Source of the DNA: Coniocarpon cinnabarinum
Taxonomy: Eukaryota
Reading direction: 5' to 3'
DNA length: 64,000 nucleotides
Assembly: GCA_051942205.1 (NCBI GenBank)
Contig: JAVECO010000052.1
Location: forward strand, 62,001-126,000
Of this stretch, positions 11,749 through 24,141 are shown piece by piece. The stretch's first letter is position 1, and each line of letters starts with the position of its first letter. A model generated the notes under the pieces. The model was not told the DNA's origin, did not search any database, and saw nothing but the letters and a program-made list of their open reading frames with translations. The translations under genes were made by a program, and so were the position numbers.

Positions 11749-14163
11749 TCACGAACTATTCATACCATGCTCCACGTAGAACCGGGCACCAATGCTATGA
11801 CGAAGCTTCTGCTGTCGTTCGAGGTGGCGTTGCTCCTCTCTCCGGACGCTGCGTTCCCGCAGTTTCTGGCCCAGACTGTGTGTCAGGCCGCGTGGCAAAC
11901 GCTCATCATCGCCCACAAGCGTTTGCGGCTCGTGTGTACTCTTTGTGTGACGAGCACTCAGCATTCGACCAATGGTGCCGAATCGCTCTCTAGTAGACGA
12001 CGTTCGTGTGAAACGAGTCGACTCCACGATGTCTGTAGTTCTGGGCGTTCGGGATGAGTGCTCGTGATCTGGCTCATGTTTTGCGTCGACGCCTGAGCGA
12101 AAAGGTGTTTTGAATCTAATCTCGTCTGCAACACCATAAGATGGAAGCGCTGGTCGCAAAGTGTCTTTCACGACCTCTGGCTCGAGCTCGAGTTCCGGAT
12201 CGAGCGCCTGGGATGAGACAATTACAGAAGCAGCTTTAGTACGATTTCCAGAAGCAATGCGAGAAAGGGAGCTCGCAAATGTGTCCGAGTAGCGTTTTGC
12301 ACGCTTTGACAGTGAAGCCTGTCGGGCACCCAGTGGACGCGCCGATTCGCTCAAGGCAGGCGGAGTAAGTTCCTTCGCGTTGACTTGCGTGGCAGAAGGA
12401 GGCATGCTGACAGCGGGAGGTTCTGGTGGACGACGTGGATTCGTCAGGGGTGACTCGACGTTGCGACTATTCCTCTTCTTGACGGGGGTGAGGTGATCTG
12501 TCTGCGTACTCTCATCTTCGTCCGCCGAGGTGATCCGGCTGAGAATGGTGTGAGTCTCGTTAGAAGCGTTATTCGACGATCCTGGATTTTCGACGACGAC
12601 AAGTGAGTTGTTATTGTGAGGATAAATGTTCACTGCCGTTGCGTCACGAACGAATGCCTCTGAAGCGTCCGACACCGGTGAAGAGCGAGCGTGTGTGTTT
12701 CGCGCAGAGGGCCCATCGCCAATACGCTCAATTCCAGATCTTGTCCCACTCTTCTCGCTTAGGACCATGGAGTGTTCTGACCCTCGTCTCAGTGATGGCA
12801 CAGCACCTGCGCTCATGTCCAATGTTGTTGGAGGCTGAGGTGATTCCGGTAAAGGCTTGTCCTCGGGAACGGCCTCCATCAAGTTACGGCTAAGACCACT
12901 GGAGCTTTCACGTAACGTGAGGCCTGGCGCAGAACGCCTCCATCGACTTCGCAAGCTTGAGGGCACGCGAGGCACCAGGAGCGAACGAGTGCGTTGTGCT
13001 GTACTAGGGTCGTCCCTTGGCTGAGTCTTGGGTGCCATGTCACCAGATCGATCATCAACGGTAGAATCGCTCTCTTTCAGTACTTGAACCGCGGGAGGTG
13101 GGACCGTGGGCTCATCAGAGTGGCCCAGTATCTCAGCGGATTTGCTTTGCTGAGGAGAACTTCTCAACTCAGCATTCTTGCTTACATGTCGGAGCGTTCG
13201 ATGCTTTCGAGGGGGGCTGTCAACTATTGACGCTTCCACCACGGGCGAGCCTTCAGAACTGGGTGGCAGCGGCTTTGACTCTGGTGTGGAGAGTCGCTGA
13301 TACTGTGGGGATCCTTGGCCCTCGTCTTTGGAGGTCGAGGGGGAATTTTCGCCGGAGGAAGAGCCGTCGAGCCAGCTTGATGGACTGTCTTGATCGGCCG
13401 GACTTTTTAGTGATAGTTGGCCAGGATCGTCCAGGAACGTCAATTCTTTGGGGGCATTCTCGATCCTCCGCCTCTTGCGCATTGATCCTGACGCCCTCGA
13501 ACTTTTGAAAGAGCCTAGGGTGTCAACTTCTTCTTCCGACGGTTGTTTCAAGTCCATCTCTTGCAGAAGTTTACGGTGGGCCCGTTCCGTCACTCGGTCA
13601 AATGACCTTAAGCCCAGGGCGTACGCTTCCACATTGGCTTCTGGAACGTCCTCAAATCTCCTCACGCCCTGCAGAGGCAGTTCAATCGGACTTTCGCCGC
13701 TACTGTGAGGTGACACATTTTCCTGCGCGGTGCAAAACGATTCCGCACGGGAAGAGTGATAACTCAGTCCTCTAGGGTGCTTCACCGTCGGGTGACCGTC
13801 TGGGCTCGGCGGCGTAGTCCTTGGAGTCGGTGCTTCAAAAGTGGTAAAGGGGGTACCCTGACGGGTGTCGGGAGTGAGTTCAGGCGTGGCAAGTCGATTG
13901 GAAAGACCAAAGGACGGATCCTGAGGGTGAGAGCTTGGGGGTGGTGTCGGAGGCAGCAGATGTGTTTCGACGCTTGGGCTCGCGGGCTTGAGGTGAAGAC
14001 TTTCTGGAGAACGCGCTCGCTCGGCGAAGGATTTTGGCCGTGAAGATGCGAACGTCGTGAAGCGATAAGCCGAGTGTGTCGTGGACGGATAAGAGGGATA
14101 GTCGGCACCGCCAAGCGCTTGCTCAAACCGCGCATAGGCTTTGGTGTAATCCCGGCCGGGCAT
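11749..14163 (-). CDS. Hypothetical Ser/Pro-rich low-complexity protein (804 aa)
   Basis: Uninterrupted 2.4-kb ORF with ATG start. Short ordered-looking motifs AVNIYPHNNNSLVVV and ESPLTNPRRPPEPP and a charged C-terminus. Confidence 0.8.
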   Translation of the reverse strand: MPGRDYTKAYARFEQALGGADYPSYPSTTHSAYRFTTFASSRPKSFAERARSPESLHLKPASPSVETHLLPPTPPPSSHPQDPSFGLSNRLATPELTPDTRQGTPFTTFEAPTPRTTPPSPDGHPTVKHPRGLSYHSSRAESFCTAQENVSPHSSGESPIELPLQGVRRFEDVPEANVEAYALGLRSFDRVTERAHRKLLQEMDLKQPSEEEVDTLGSFKSSRASGSMRKRRRIENAPKELTFLDDPGQLSLKSPADQDSPSSWLDGSSSGENSPSTSKDEGQGSPQYQRLSTPESKPLPPSSEGSPVVEASIVDSPPRKHRTLRHVSKNAELRSSPQQSKSAEILGHSDEPTVPPPAVQVLKESDSTVDDRSGDMAPKTQPRDDPSTAQRTRSLLVPRVPSSLRSRWRRSAPGLTLRESSSGLSRNLMEAVPEDKPLPESPQPPTTLDMSAGAVPSLRRGSEHSMVLSEKSGTRSGIERIGDGPSARNTHARSSPVSDASEAFVRDATAVNIYPHNNNSLVVVENPGSSNNASNETHTILSRITSADEDESTQTDHLTPVKKRNSRNVESPLTNPRRPPEPPAVSMPPSATQVNAKELTPPALSESARPLGARQASLSKRAKRYSDTFASSLSRIASGNRTKAASVIVSSQALDPELELEPEVVKDTLRPALPSYGVADEIRFKTPFRSGVDAKHEPDHEHSSRTPRTTDIVESTRFTRTSSTRERFGTIGRMLSARHTKSTHEPQTLVGDDERLPRGLTHSLGQKLRERSVRREEQRHLERQQKLRHSIGARFYVEHGMNSS

Positions 14164-17073
14164 TTCCAGATTGGACCTTCAGCACTGGAAGATGAGTGCG
14201 AATGGGCCCGCTGGCTGGTACAATATCGCCACCGCAGTGCTGGAAGCGTGATTCATCAAATGTTCTCAGGTGTGAGGTAGCCCAGGGCTATGCATGAGTC
14301 CGCGCGAGGCCAGTCGAGGTTTTGGTGGCTCGAAGAGCGAAGACAGCGCGCAACCACTGACCGTGCTTCGGCCTCGAATGAAGGCCAGAGGGAAGTTGTA
14401 GGAAATAGAGACTCGAGTGCCGGTCGATGCCTGCGTGTCTGATGTCGGGATCTCCTCCGATGTTCGCAAAGTTACCGCCGCGCGGCGTCGCGAAGCTGGG
14501 TCTGCCTGACCCTCAGCAGCGCGCCTAGTGCAGGCAGATCGAGGTGTTTCAGAGGGCGTCGCGAATGTACAAGGGCTTCTGATCGACCGTACAGACGCGG
14601 GTGATCAGTGCGAGACGAAAGCGGCACGGCTCAGGGAGAACATGGTGGGACAGTGACGTTGGACGTGATCACGGGGTGGGCGGAGCAACCATGGGACGAC
14701 CAGGGCAAGAACATGAGCTGCAGTGAATGGGACGCCACAGTGAGTGAGGGCGAAGGTGAGTGGATGGAGAGATCTCAGGTACAGCGGGAGTCCGAAGGGA
14801 GGGTGGGTGTGGAGGCTGGTGGGAGGATACCTTAGGAGCGGGTGAGGGACCCAACCGGAGGAGAAGTGACCCTCGGCGACGGGAGCTATCACGTTAGCAG
14901 AGACCCATATCGAGGGGATCGAGGGAGTGGGTGAGTATCCGATAATATCGTCGGTAGCTGGAGGCTATCACTACAGCGGAGAATGTCAGCGCTCCCACGC
15001 TCCGCAACGTGCAGCAGCACGCGCAGACACCGATGATGAACTACATCAGAATGTTGCCAGACGTCCACGGCGCTCTCTGGGAGGTGTCGATGCCTGCGCC
15101 GCCCTGGTCCGGCTCCGAGTCGTTGAGCAAGTCACGGTGACTTTGGCAGGGACGATCTGCTATTCTTTTACGATAGTACCACTTCTCGGGAACACGAGAT
15201 GTGGGCGGTCCGTGCGCGGGGGGGGCGAGATGGGTGGACATTGCCTGTTCGAGCAAAAAATGGACCTCCCGCACCACCACCACCACCACCACACACCACC
15301 AAACACCGGCAGCGGGCGGGCCCGATCCACCTGACAAACGAGGGGTACGGAGCACGGGCGCAGTGCCAGACCTCAGTGCGCACGCCCCTCCCTCCCTCCA
15401 CCGCGCTCACACGTACCGACCTTACATAGTCTCCCCGTCTTGCCGCTTTCCACTCTTCCTCTGCAACCTCCGGTCCCTCGCCCTCTGGCGCTCCCCCTTC
15501 GAGCGCCACGACAGCACATGGCCGCCTTCTCTGGGCCAGCCTCCGCATGCATGTCTTACTCTACTTTCCCCTTCAGCTGGCCGTGCAAGTGAACCGATCG
15601 CGCCCGGGGCAATGTTCAACGCTCGTGCGTCTGGCTGCTGCTCAACCCGGGCCACTAGACGCTGCCCACTGCTCGCAGCTGCTGTTTGTGGTTACCTCGA
15701 TGCGCGAGCTCGATGCCACAGAACTGTTTGGCATCCTGGGTCGCGGACGCGCTGAAACCACCCCTCCGGGCCCCTTGGACGCTCGACGGTGATCAGGGCC
15801 TCTGGTGCCGATGAAATATCACGCACGTCGCGGTGCTTCCGGCGCGGCCGCTGTCAGTGGGAGGTATCGATGATCGTCGGCCCTGTTCGCCTACGGGAAG
15901 GCAGCGGATGTTGTGGTGATCAGCACGCGCCTGATGGCGCCTTGTGGCTGATCCCGGCCCTCCTACCTGCTAACTGCCTGCAGCCCTCGGCGGCCATTCT
16001 GCCTCGACCTCGGTGCCTGGCATCGCTCTCATCGATCGACTTTCCACTCCAGGCGCTGCGGTGGCCCAAGAGAGAAGGCCTGCCAGGTGAGCGAATCGCG
16101 CGGTGCCCTCTGGCGCGCCCGCGGCGGCCCTGTCCGGTGCGGCTGCATGGAATAGGAGACGGGCGTGACGGGCGCCACGCTGGACGCTCGACGCTCGCCA
16201 TTCGACGTCCGGCTGCTCGCGCACGCGTCGCCGTCAATACTGGAGGAAGGGCGTCGGATCTCGTCCGCGCACAGGAAGCGGCGCCCTAGGCCCGATCGAG
16301 GCTCGCGGCCCTCACGCCCGTCACATGCCCTCCCTCCCCACATCCAATGGTCGCAAGGGTCGCATCCACCTGACTCTTGCAGTGTCGCTGGCGTTACTTT
16401 GACGATGCAGCATCTCTGATAGAGCCGGCTGCTCCTCCAGCGCCCAGGCTTGCGGGGTACACTCGTCCTCGTCACTCGCAAGACGCAAAACACATCCCCC
16501 ATAGCACGCGGCCGGCCCATCCCTCCCATGCGTGCCTTTATCCCCCCCCCGGCCCGCGCATTAGTGCCAGATCATCAGTCGAAATACAGTACGTCGACTC
16601 GCTAGCTGACTGACCTGTCGCCGGCGAACGCAGTGCGCAGAGCAAGAGAAAGAGTCAAGCACATCCCACGCCACCGCCTGCCCCCCTCGTCATCCGTTTC
16701 CCTTTCAATTCCTGCCTTCATCCGTCTTGAGCCAGACTCTGGGTCCTTGCCGTCCCGGCCGCGTTCCCCATCTTGCGCTCCCGCCGCCATTACGATTCGT
16801 CCCAACCTTCTTTCACTTCCGATCTCACTTGGAGCCATTCGCCAATCACCTTGCACCTGCCGAACGACTACCCTGATCTGCTGTCCAGGCTGTGCTTGCC
16901 GACGTCTGAGCGCGCACGCGCCTCGCAGCTCGGTGCTTGCGTCAGGATTATGAATTCTAACAGCACGCGTCAATTTTGCATCCTCGAGCGAAATACATCT
17001 TGACTCTAGGGGTGCTCCTAGCCTGTGTACGCAGCTAGCGATCCTCAAGCTTTTGGGGCCTGGGTCCAAAAAC

Positions 17074-18196
17074 ATGTCGTAGGTGACTCCGCCGTGTACC
17101 GGTACAATACGTACCGTACGGTCCATCCACCATCCACAACCGCTTGCTTACACACGGCCTCCCCAACAACAGCTCGCCAGATCCATCGGAACGCAAGACG
17201 TACCTGCCTTCCACCAGTCCCATGGAACCTACACAGCTCGGCATGCCCGGCGACCCTCAAGCAGGCCTACGTCCGATGCAGCCCATGCCGGCGTACACAC
17301 CACAGCGACACGATCCCTACGCTCCCTTTGCGCCGTTCCACCCCACCCCGCAGCCTCAATCCCAACCTCTTCCGCACCAGCAAGGTCCCGCTCATCATCC
17401 GCCCGCACCGCCGCCTCCTCCACCACATCACCATCATCCGGTACCTCAACCTACACTACAGTCGCCCAGCGTGTCGCGGAAACGCAGAGCTTCGGAAACG
17501 GAGAACATCACGGGTCTTCCGCAACTGAGCAGCCCTCCAAGCGCCGTGTTCGCCTCCGAGAGCCGGTACGGGGTGCCTACGCCAGGCGAGACGGAGAGCT
17601 CGTCAAGCGCTGCACGCAAGAAAAGCAGGACCAACACGCCCTGGACACCTGCCGAGGAGCAGCGACTGAAAACAATGAGAGATGCTGGACAGAGCTGGAG
17701 CGAGATTGCCAAGGTATGCGGCTGAGAAGATCCGTTGCCAGCGCTTAGTGCAGGCACGTGAGTCGGTGCACTTGGGGGCTAACTGGGCGGTGTGCCATTG
17801 CAGACATTTCCGACGCGAACGGAAGGCAGCGTCAAGAAGCACTATTACAAGGTCAGCGGTGTGCCGCAAACGGTCGCATTGCTCACATCTGACATTCTCC
17901 CCCACAGGACATGCATTACGCCGAGTTTGCTGAAGACGAGGTGAGTGTGCCTGTGCGTACAGCAGCCCAGGAGTGTGTGCCCGCCCTAACGTCGCGGACC
18001 CAGAGCGCCGCTCTGCTTGCAGCCATCAAGGAATATGAGCAGAGTAAGTGGAAAGTCATTGGGGCTAAGGTCGGCAAGCCGGCCAAAGTGAGTCTCGCCC
18101 CGGCCCCCCTGTACGCCTTTCCCATCGCTCGCTGCTGACTGTGAATGGAAGGCATGCGAGCAGTATGCGAAAGAGAATTTCGGAATCAAGTCATGA
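17074..18196 (+). CDS. Myb/SANT DNA-binding protein with two repeats; exons 17074-17078, 17173-17713, 17804-17851, 17908-17940, 18004-18087, 18152-18196
   Basis: Spliced product contains TPWTPAEEQRLKTMRDAGQSWSEIAK|TFPTRTEGSVKKHYYK|DMHYAEFAEDE|SAALLAAIKEYEQSKWKVIGAKVGKPAK|ACEQYAKENF. All introns are GT-AG and phase-compatible. The 5-nt first exon is the least certain part. Confidence 0.92.
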
Positions 18197-20890
18197 GGCG
18201 CAATACCTCTCCTCTTCCAGGGCAGGGGCCTTGTGGCGTGGCGTTGGGGGACAGTCAACAGGACGCGCAAGATATTAATCGCCGATGCCACAGCAATAAC
18301 ATTCAGGACTAAGACGCGAGAGGGATCGTGGTTGGTTGATGACGCCAATATACCCACCGGCGTTGTGTTGACCACCAGTGGTTGTAATTCTTTCTAATTC
18401 AATGGGATGAGAGGGGTCATCGACGGGATGGAGCGCTGTGCCGCACTCAGCCGCATCGAGTGGTGGTGGGGGCAGGATGTGTCAGTGCGCAGTGCGGTGG
18501 TGACCGCTCAAGCAGGAACTCCATGAGTAAACTGAGCACCAGCGCCTTGTGGGAGGGCTGCAACGCGAGTCACATGGCATCCTGATGCATGTCATGTTCG
18601 ACGCGTGGCAATCGGATAGCGAATGCGCGCGGCTCAGCGTGCACACGAGCGTCATTGCAACATTGTGCTCCGAAGACATCCAATCAGTGCGGCCGCGCCG
18701 CACTCGCTCACATGACTCGCGCGTGCATGGCACTGCATGCCAGCACATTAATTTGCACGACCCACGGTTGTGTCTGGCGGCACGGGGCGTCTTTGGCGCC
18801 GTGTCGAGAACTCATGACCACCGCATTGCCTGAGTGACTTGTGCACATCGTTTTCACCGGCGCTGGCCGGAAAGGACAAGTCCTCTGTCCGAAGCTCGTC
18901 GGCCGCTGCGCCACGGCTGAGGGCGCGAATCGCAGCATCGCGGAAAGGAGCCTTTTTGGACGATCCAGGCAATTGAGGGGCGACCGACGTTTTCCTTTAC
19001 CTGACAGTGATCCTCCAGCTCGTGCGAAGTTTGCTGACCGCAAGCTCGGGCTGTTCGTCCTTCGTATCGATTGAGGACCACACGAACGAGATGCGAGGAT
19101 GCAGTCTCCTCCCCGGGCTTCCTGAAACGCCGTGCTGCTGAGGCCAGCTAAGCGGGCGATATGTCGTGCCGCGGATCGTGATAGGTGATGCATCCGCCGT
19201 GAAGATGAGCGTCGTGAATGCTCCACCCTCGCCGACGCCAGCTTCTCAGCTGATGTCGCCTTCGCGACTCACCAGAGTACCAGGTGCTGCTCTGCTTTCC
19301 CCTTCGTACTCTCACGACGGGGAGCTGAAATGCAACACGACCATAGCTCTGACAAACGTCCACTTGACGATCCAAGGTGTCGGGATCGCTGCTTCGCGGC
19401 TGCTCGTCTCCAGGTTGCAGGCGCGCGAGGGGCGAGGCAGAGGATCGAGAAGCGTCGCCAGAAGCGTCAAGTCATGGTCTTCATGCAGCGTCAACAAGAC
19501 CACCCTTCGACCACTGCAGGTCTCCTCGCATGCGATCGAGTAGATAATCCTCCAGGGCTCAGGCTCTTGGGGCGGAAGGATTCGATTAATATCGCCCGAC
19601 GTGGCACCGGCACACAGGGCGACCGGCCGAGAGAGACCGGGCAGGGTTCCCACGCATGAAGCGTCCTTGCACGTCTCTCTCCCTGCCTGTCACTCCCACC
19701 TACCTAGGTAGACTTGCAGCCACACCCAGCAAGGCTGATATACAGCGAATACGTCAACAAGTGGCGTAAGCGTGTGAGATCTCTATAATCTACCGCCATC
19801 CTGTACGCTGGCGACCAGCATCGACTACAGCCGGGATCTGGCCCAATGCGATTCGCTGAGCTGGGCCGTCCTCTCATGCAATAACGGTGAGCATTATGCG
19901 CTAGACGCCCCGACTAAAGTCCAACACGCTCTCTCAAAGGACTGCCACAGCCGCGTGGGAAAAGCCAAACCGGCCCATCGAAATCTCTCATGCAGCCCGG
20001 GGGTGCTGCCCACAGCTTTTTGAGTCGCCCTCTTGGCCCCCTATCCAGCTGCCCGTCGTTGACAACGTGGCCGGGCAATGCTCACCGAGGGTGTGATGAA
20101 GGTCCACCCCGTGTGATTCGCGGCGTACTTGACGGCCCAGAAGCCGCCGGGCCGGATCCAGACGCAGCATCAAAGATGCCCACGGATGGTCCGTGATGGC
20201 GTCCCTGGAGCTGGGCCCTTTCGCCTCGTTCGTCCTCCACATCCTGCTGGAGGGAGGCACCGCGCGGGCAGGTGTGTGTGCCCGCCGCTTCCTAGGGCGA
20301 ACGCCAAACCATCCTCCGCCAGCGTTGCTCGTGATTACTCGCTTATTTGGGCAGCTGAAACTCACACTGTGTGCCTCACAGGTCGTCCAAGCTTCACATT
20401 GGGCCATCCTTGACCGCACATGCTGCAAAGACCTTTGCCCGGGTCGATTCCTTCGGACCAATCGTCCTCGAACTTTCAAAAAGGCGGCCGTGAAATATTA
20501 CGGTCAGCAACACATGTGCAACATTCTGCCTGAGGACCCAGTTTAAGCTTGCAAGCCAGCCAAAATCTCCCGAAGACACGATGCTCGTAGCTTACTGACA
20601 GCTGTCGATCATTCCCGGGATTATTCTAGTAGCTGGCCCCTTTTTTAGCAGCACAATTGCGTCGATTGCGCCGCATTCCTGGCTTGAAACACCTGGCTCT
20701 GTCCAAGCGTTTTCCCGGCTCGTCGGCGGCCTTTTTTGTTAGTCGACTATCTACGTGGCGGCGCCCAATTCGCTTCGTCATATCTGCCTTGGTCGTGGAT
20801 CCGTCACCATCGCTTTAGCTTGACCTTCCACCAGCACTCTCGCCTGTCAGCAGACCACTTTCAGTTGACATCAACTGCCAGACCGCCACC

Positions 20891-21853
20891 GTGGCTCAGG
20901 ACCACCGCCAGCAGACTTATTACCCGCAGCATCAGTACATCCCCCAGGAGGAACCTCAAGAGGGTCAACACTCCTATTCTAGTTCTACAGGCTATCCACC
21001 TACCACTCCACAACCTGGCGCCGGCTACTATGCACAGCCGCCGGCGCCAGCAGGTCAACATCATGGAGCTTATCAAGCAGGTTATGCGCCACCGCCAAGG
21101 TTACCCTCTATGAACGCCAACTCGCCCGCAACAGCGCAGTTGTCCTCACAGTACGCGGCAAGTGCATATGGACAAACGCAAGCAGCGGCGGCAGCGGGGA
21201 GACTCCCTTCACTGTTCAGGCCAGGAGATCCAATGCAGGCTCATGCCATGTCGTCGTACTCCGACTCACCTCCCCCACAATGGCATCAGCCACCACCAAG
21301 GATCACCCCCGAACGTCACTTTGCCAGCCAGTCGCTGCCACCACTAAGCCATGTAATGGACAGACCAGGATTTCCGCGCTCGAGCACGCACGAGTCTTTC
21401 GTAGGCGCTGTTGGATTCCCTGATCCCATGCCCTCGCGTGGCCCCAAGGCTCGTTTCACCGCTGAGGAAGACTCGCTACTGAAACGTCTCAAAGAGGACT
21501 ACACTCAGCCAAAGCTTTCCTGGAAGCAAATTGCTGATTTCTTCCCGGACCGCAAGTCGGGCACGTTGCAAGTAAGGTATTGCACGAAGCTACGCCGCAA
21601 AGACGATTTTCAATGGAACCCCGAGATTGTGCGTTTGCCTCCCATTGTTGCACTTCCCAGACTGACTTCGGCCTACAAGGACAATGAACTACGTCAGGCC
21701 GCTCAAGTCGTGGAAGCCGAGAAATGGAGATCAATCTCCCAGAAATTGAATGGCAAAATTAGTCCTACGCAATGTCAGGAGAGGCTCGAGACGCTTGAAG
21801 CAGAGGAATTCAAGCGTCAAGGGAACGAGGATTGGGAGATTGCCAATCAGTAA
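20891..21853 (+). CDS. Second Myb/SANT protein; probable GTG start; probable in-frame 51-nt intron at 21629-21679
   Basis: Myb repeat ARFTAEEDSLLKRLKE...LSWKQIADFFPDRKSGTLQVRYCTKL and a second repeat EKWRSISQKL...PTQCQER. The intron has GTGCGT, ACTGAC branch and AAG acceptor. Q/P/Y-rich N-terminus. Confidence 0.9.
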   Translation: MAQDHRQQTYYPQHQYIPQEEPQEGQHSYSSSTGYPPTTPQPGAGYYAQPPAPAGQHHGAYQAGYAPPPRLPSMNANSPATAQLSSQYAASAYGQTQAAAAAGRLPSLFRPGDPMQAHAMSSYSDSPPPQWHQPPPRITPERHFASQSLPPLSHVMDRPGFPRSSTHESFVGAVGFPDPMPSRGPKARFTAEEDSLLKRLKEDYTQPKLSWKQIADFFPDRKSGTLQVRYCTKLRRKDDFQWNPEIVRLPPIVALPRLTSAYKDNELRQAAQVVEAEKWRSISQKLNGKISPTQCQERLETLEAEEFKRQGNEDWEIANQ

Positions 21854-24141
21854 CATCTCGCTTACTATCTACAGAGCCTATTCGCACGCAAGAATGACTA
21901 GGGCTTGCCACAAGTCATTGAAGCCCAGTGGGCTCGGCTGCATGCGATTGAAAGCGACGCTATTTGCCTAGTGTGGTTTGGATCTCGAGTAATCGCCAGC
22001 GCCCCAATTATCCAAGATCCAACAATCTTCAACAATTTCACTCGGATCTTTTACCCACACGCATGTGCCGGCCTGGTCAACGTCGCGCTTGCACGTCAAC
22101 GCTGATCTCATGACTACAATCATCATTTCCCAGCCAGCAAACATTAAGAGATCCATGCCTTGCATGGAAGCAGTGTTGGGAATTTATGCAGGGATTTCGG
22201 CGCTAACAGACCGAAAAATTCGCTCGATTTTCCCAGGTTGGTCCAATCAAAAATCGCCATTCCAAAAATTTAGGTGGTGAGCATCATGCACCGAGTGGTT
22301 TGCTGCATTAGCCGAGTTGCAGAGCTACTGCACAATATTGGGTGTTCATCCGAGGGACAAAGCCGCGGATGCAGCTGCGTGCTTCCGCCAGAAATCATCG
22401 CCCGCAGTCAACGGCGTTGGACATTATGACGAGAATCAATTCGACCAATCTCCTGATGCGCTTCTCGCCATCACGCAATTAACGCTGCGGCGCGTGGAGT
22501 CGAGCCAGATTGCTTTCACATGATTTGCGCTGCGTACGCACTTGTTGCAATAGCTGCGCGTTATTGCGAGCAATGTTCAAAGGAGAAAAATGAATCCCAA
22601 AGTCTACAGCCTAGGCTAGCAAGCCGCATCTTGAAGGATTGCAGATATGTCCCACCGCAGCGTTGGCCGAAAATTCCAAAAGCTCAATCTCATTTTACAC
22701 GAGCTATGTCACACCACTACCAGCCTCTAGTATCAACCCCATCAGGTTTTTTTTCTAATCCTTGCTCGCATACTCATCCATGGAGCATTGTTTCAATATT
22801 CTGAATTTGGCGTTTTCAGAACCACCTTGTTGGGAGATGAGTTAAGAAGGTCGACGTGGCTTGGAGTAAAGGCTTTTTGGTTTTGGCGGCATCTGACGAA
22901 CTTGTTTCCTTGTCCTTCGCAAAGCTCATGAACATCTCACATTTACCTGGTCGGACCTGGACAGTGGATCAAGAAGCATCACTGAAAAGCATACGGGAGA
23001 CTTATTTTGTATATTAAAGGGACTTCGTGGTATTCTGCGCTTTTCAGCATCTTGCAAAGCCCATAGATGCATGTGCATGCCGGGATACCTGTGCATGATA
23101 TGGGGCAACGCGAGGGGCTTTACACATAGGCGCAAAGTCTGACGAACATTGCGACGAGCTTGTTTTGAATATAATAGCATTATACATGCCTGTGGAACCC
23201 ACTTTAGCAAGCGCCGCTTGTAAACAGTATGGAGCTCAATCCGGTTTCGTTGCAGTCAGCATCCTCCGTCTTTCGAGTATGCTGGGGTCCAAGAAGGGCA
23301 TGGGAGACTGGTCACTTGAGAAATAGATGACTAGCGACAGATGCTTGTCAGCCTCAACTCTGATACCTGGCTCAGTCGCCGCCGGACAGACAGTCTTGCC
23401 ACGGATCCATGGAGAGAGCTTGGTTGTCAAGTGCCGAATCCTGCCAGCCGCCTGGCCTCCGATCCGTCACGGGACGAAGCGTACCAGCTTGACACCGTGG
23501 CCCATGGCTCCTGCAAACTCCACGATGGATTTGAAGCATCGCAATGACCTACCATTACGCTCGGCCTTTTTCCGTTCTTGTCGGGCGGGTTGCTCGTCCG
23601 CAGATCTTGTGGGCAGTGCATGCCGAGGAGGGGCTTGGGTGGAGGATGTGAAGGCGCTCTGACGGGCCTGGTGCACGGTCTGCATCAGAGGATTCTTCCT
23701 GCGGAGGGGACGTGCCATGAGGCAGTGCCTCTGAGCCGGGTCAGCTGTGTGCGCGTGGAGTATTGAGACGCTGGTCGGGCACTCTCAGGGTTGGGAGGAG
23801 CTGCACTTGCCGGCGATCCTCGATCCACGTGATGAAGCAGAGATGGACGGAGTACGGGTAAGCCATGAGCGCGGTGGCGCCAGCGAGAGATGGTGGCGGT
23901 GGTCTCCCGTGGGACAGAGTGTTGGAGACTGTGGAGATCTCCCTCCGGCGGCAATAGAGTTCGACCCAAGCGCCACTCTTTCATGGCCCGTGCGCGCCCG
24001 GGCGGGCATCTGGGCTACCCTGCCCTGTCGACGGTCCTCTGCTCACGTGCCGTGTAACGACGTCACGCACTCCCTCCTTCCGTCCTCTCGATTGCACGCA
24101 GTCGTGTTGCAGCAACGAGCTTCTCTCTACCCCTTTTCTTC

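Noticed and set aside
14600..17050. Many overlapping 60-180 aa ORFs upstream of the first Myb gene
   Set aside because: Arg/Pro/Ala-rich translations typical of GC-rich non-coding DNA, with no domain signal.
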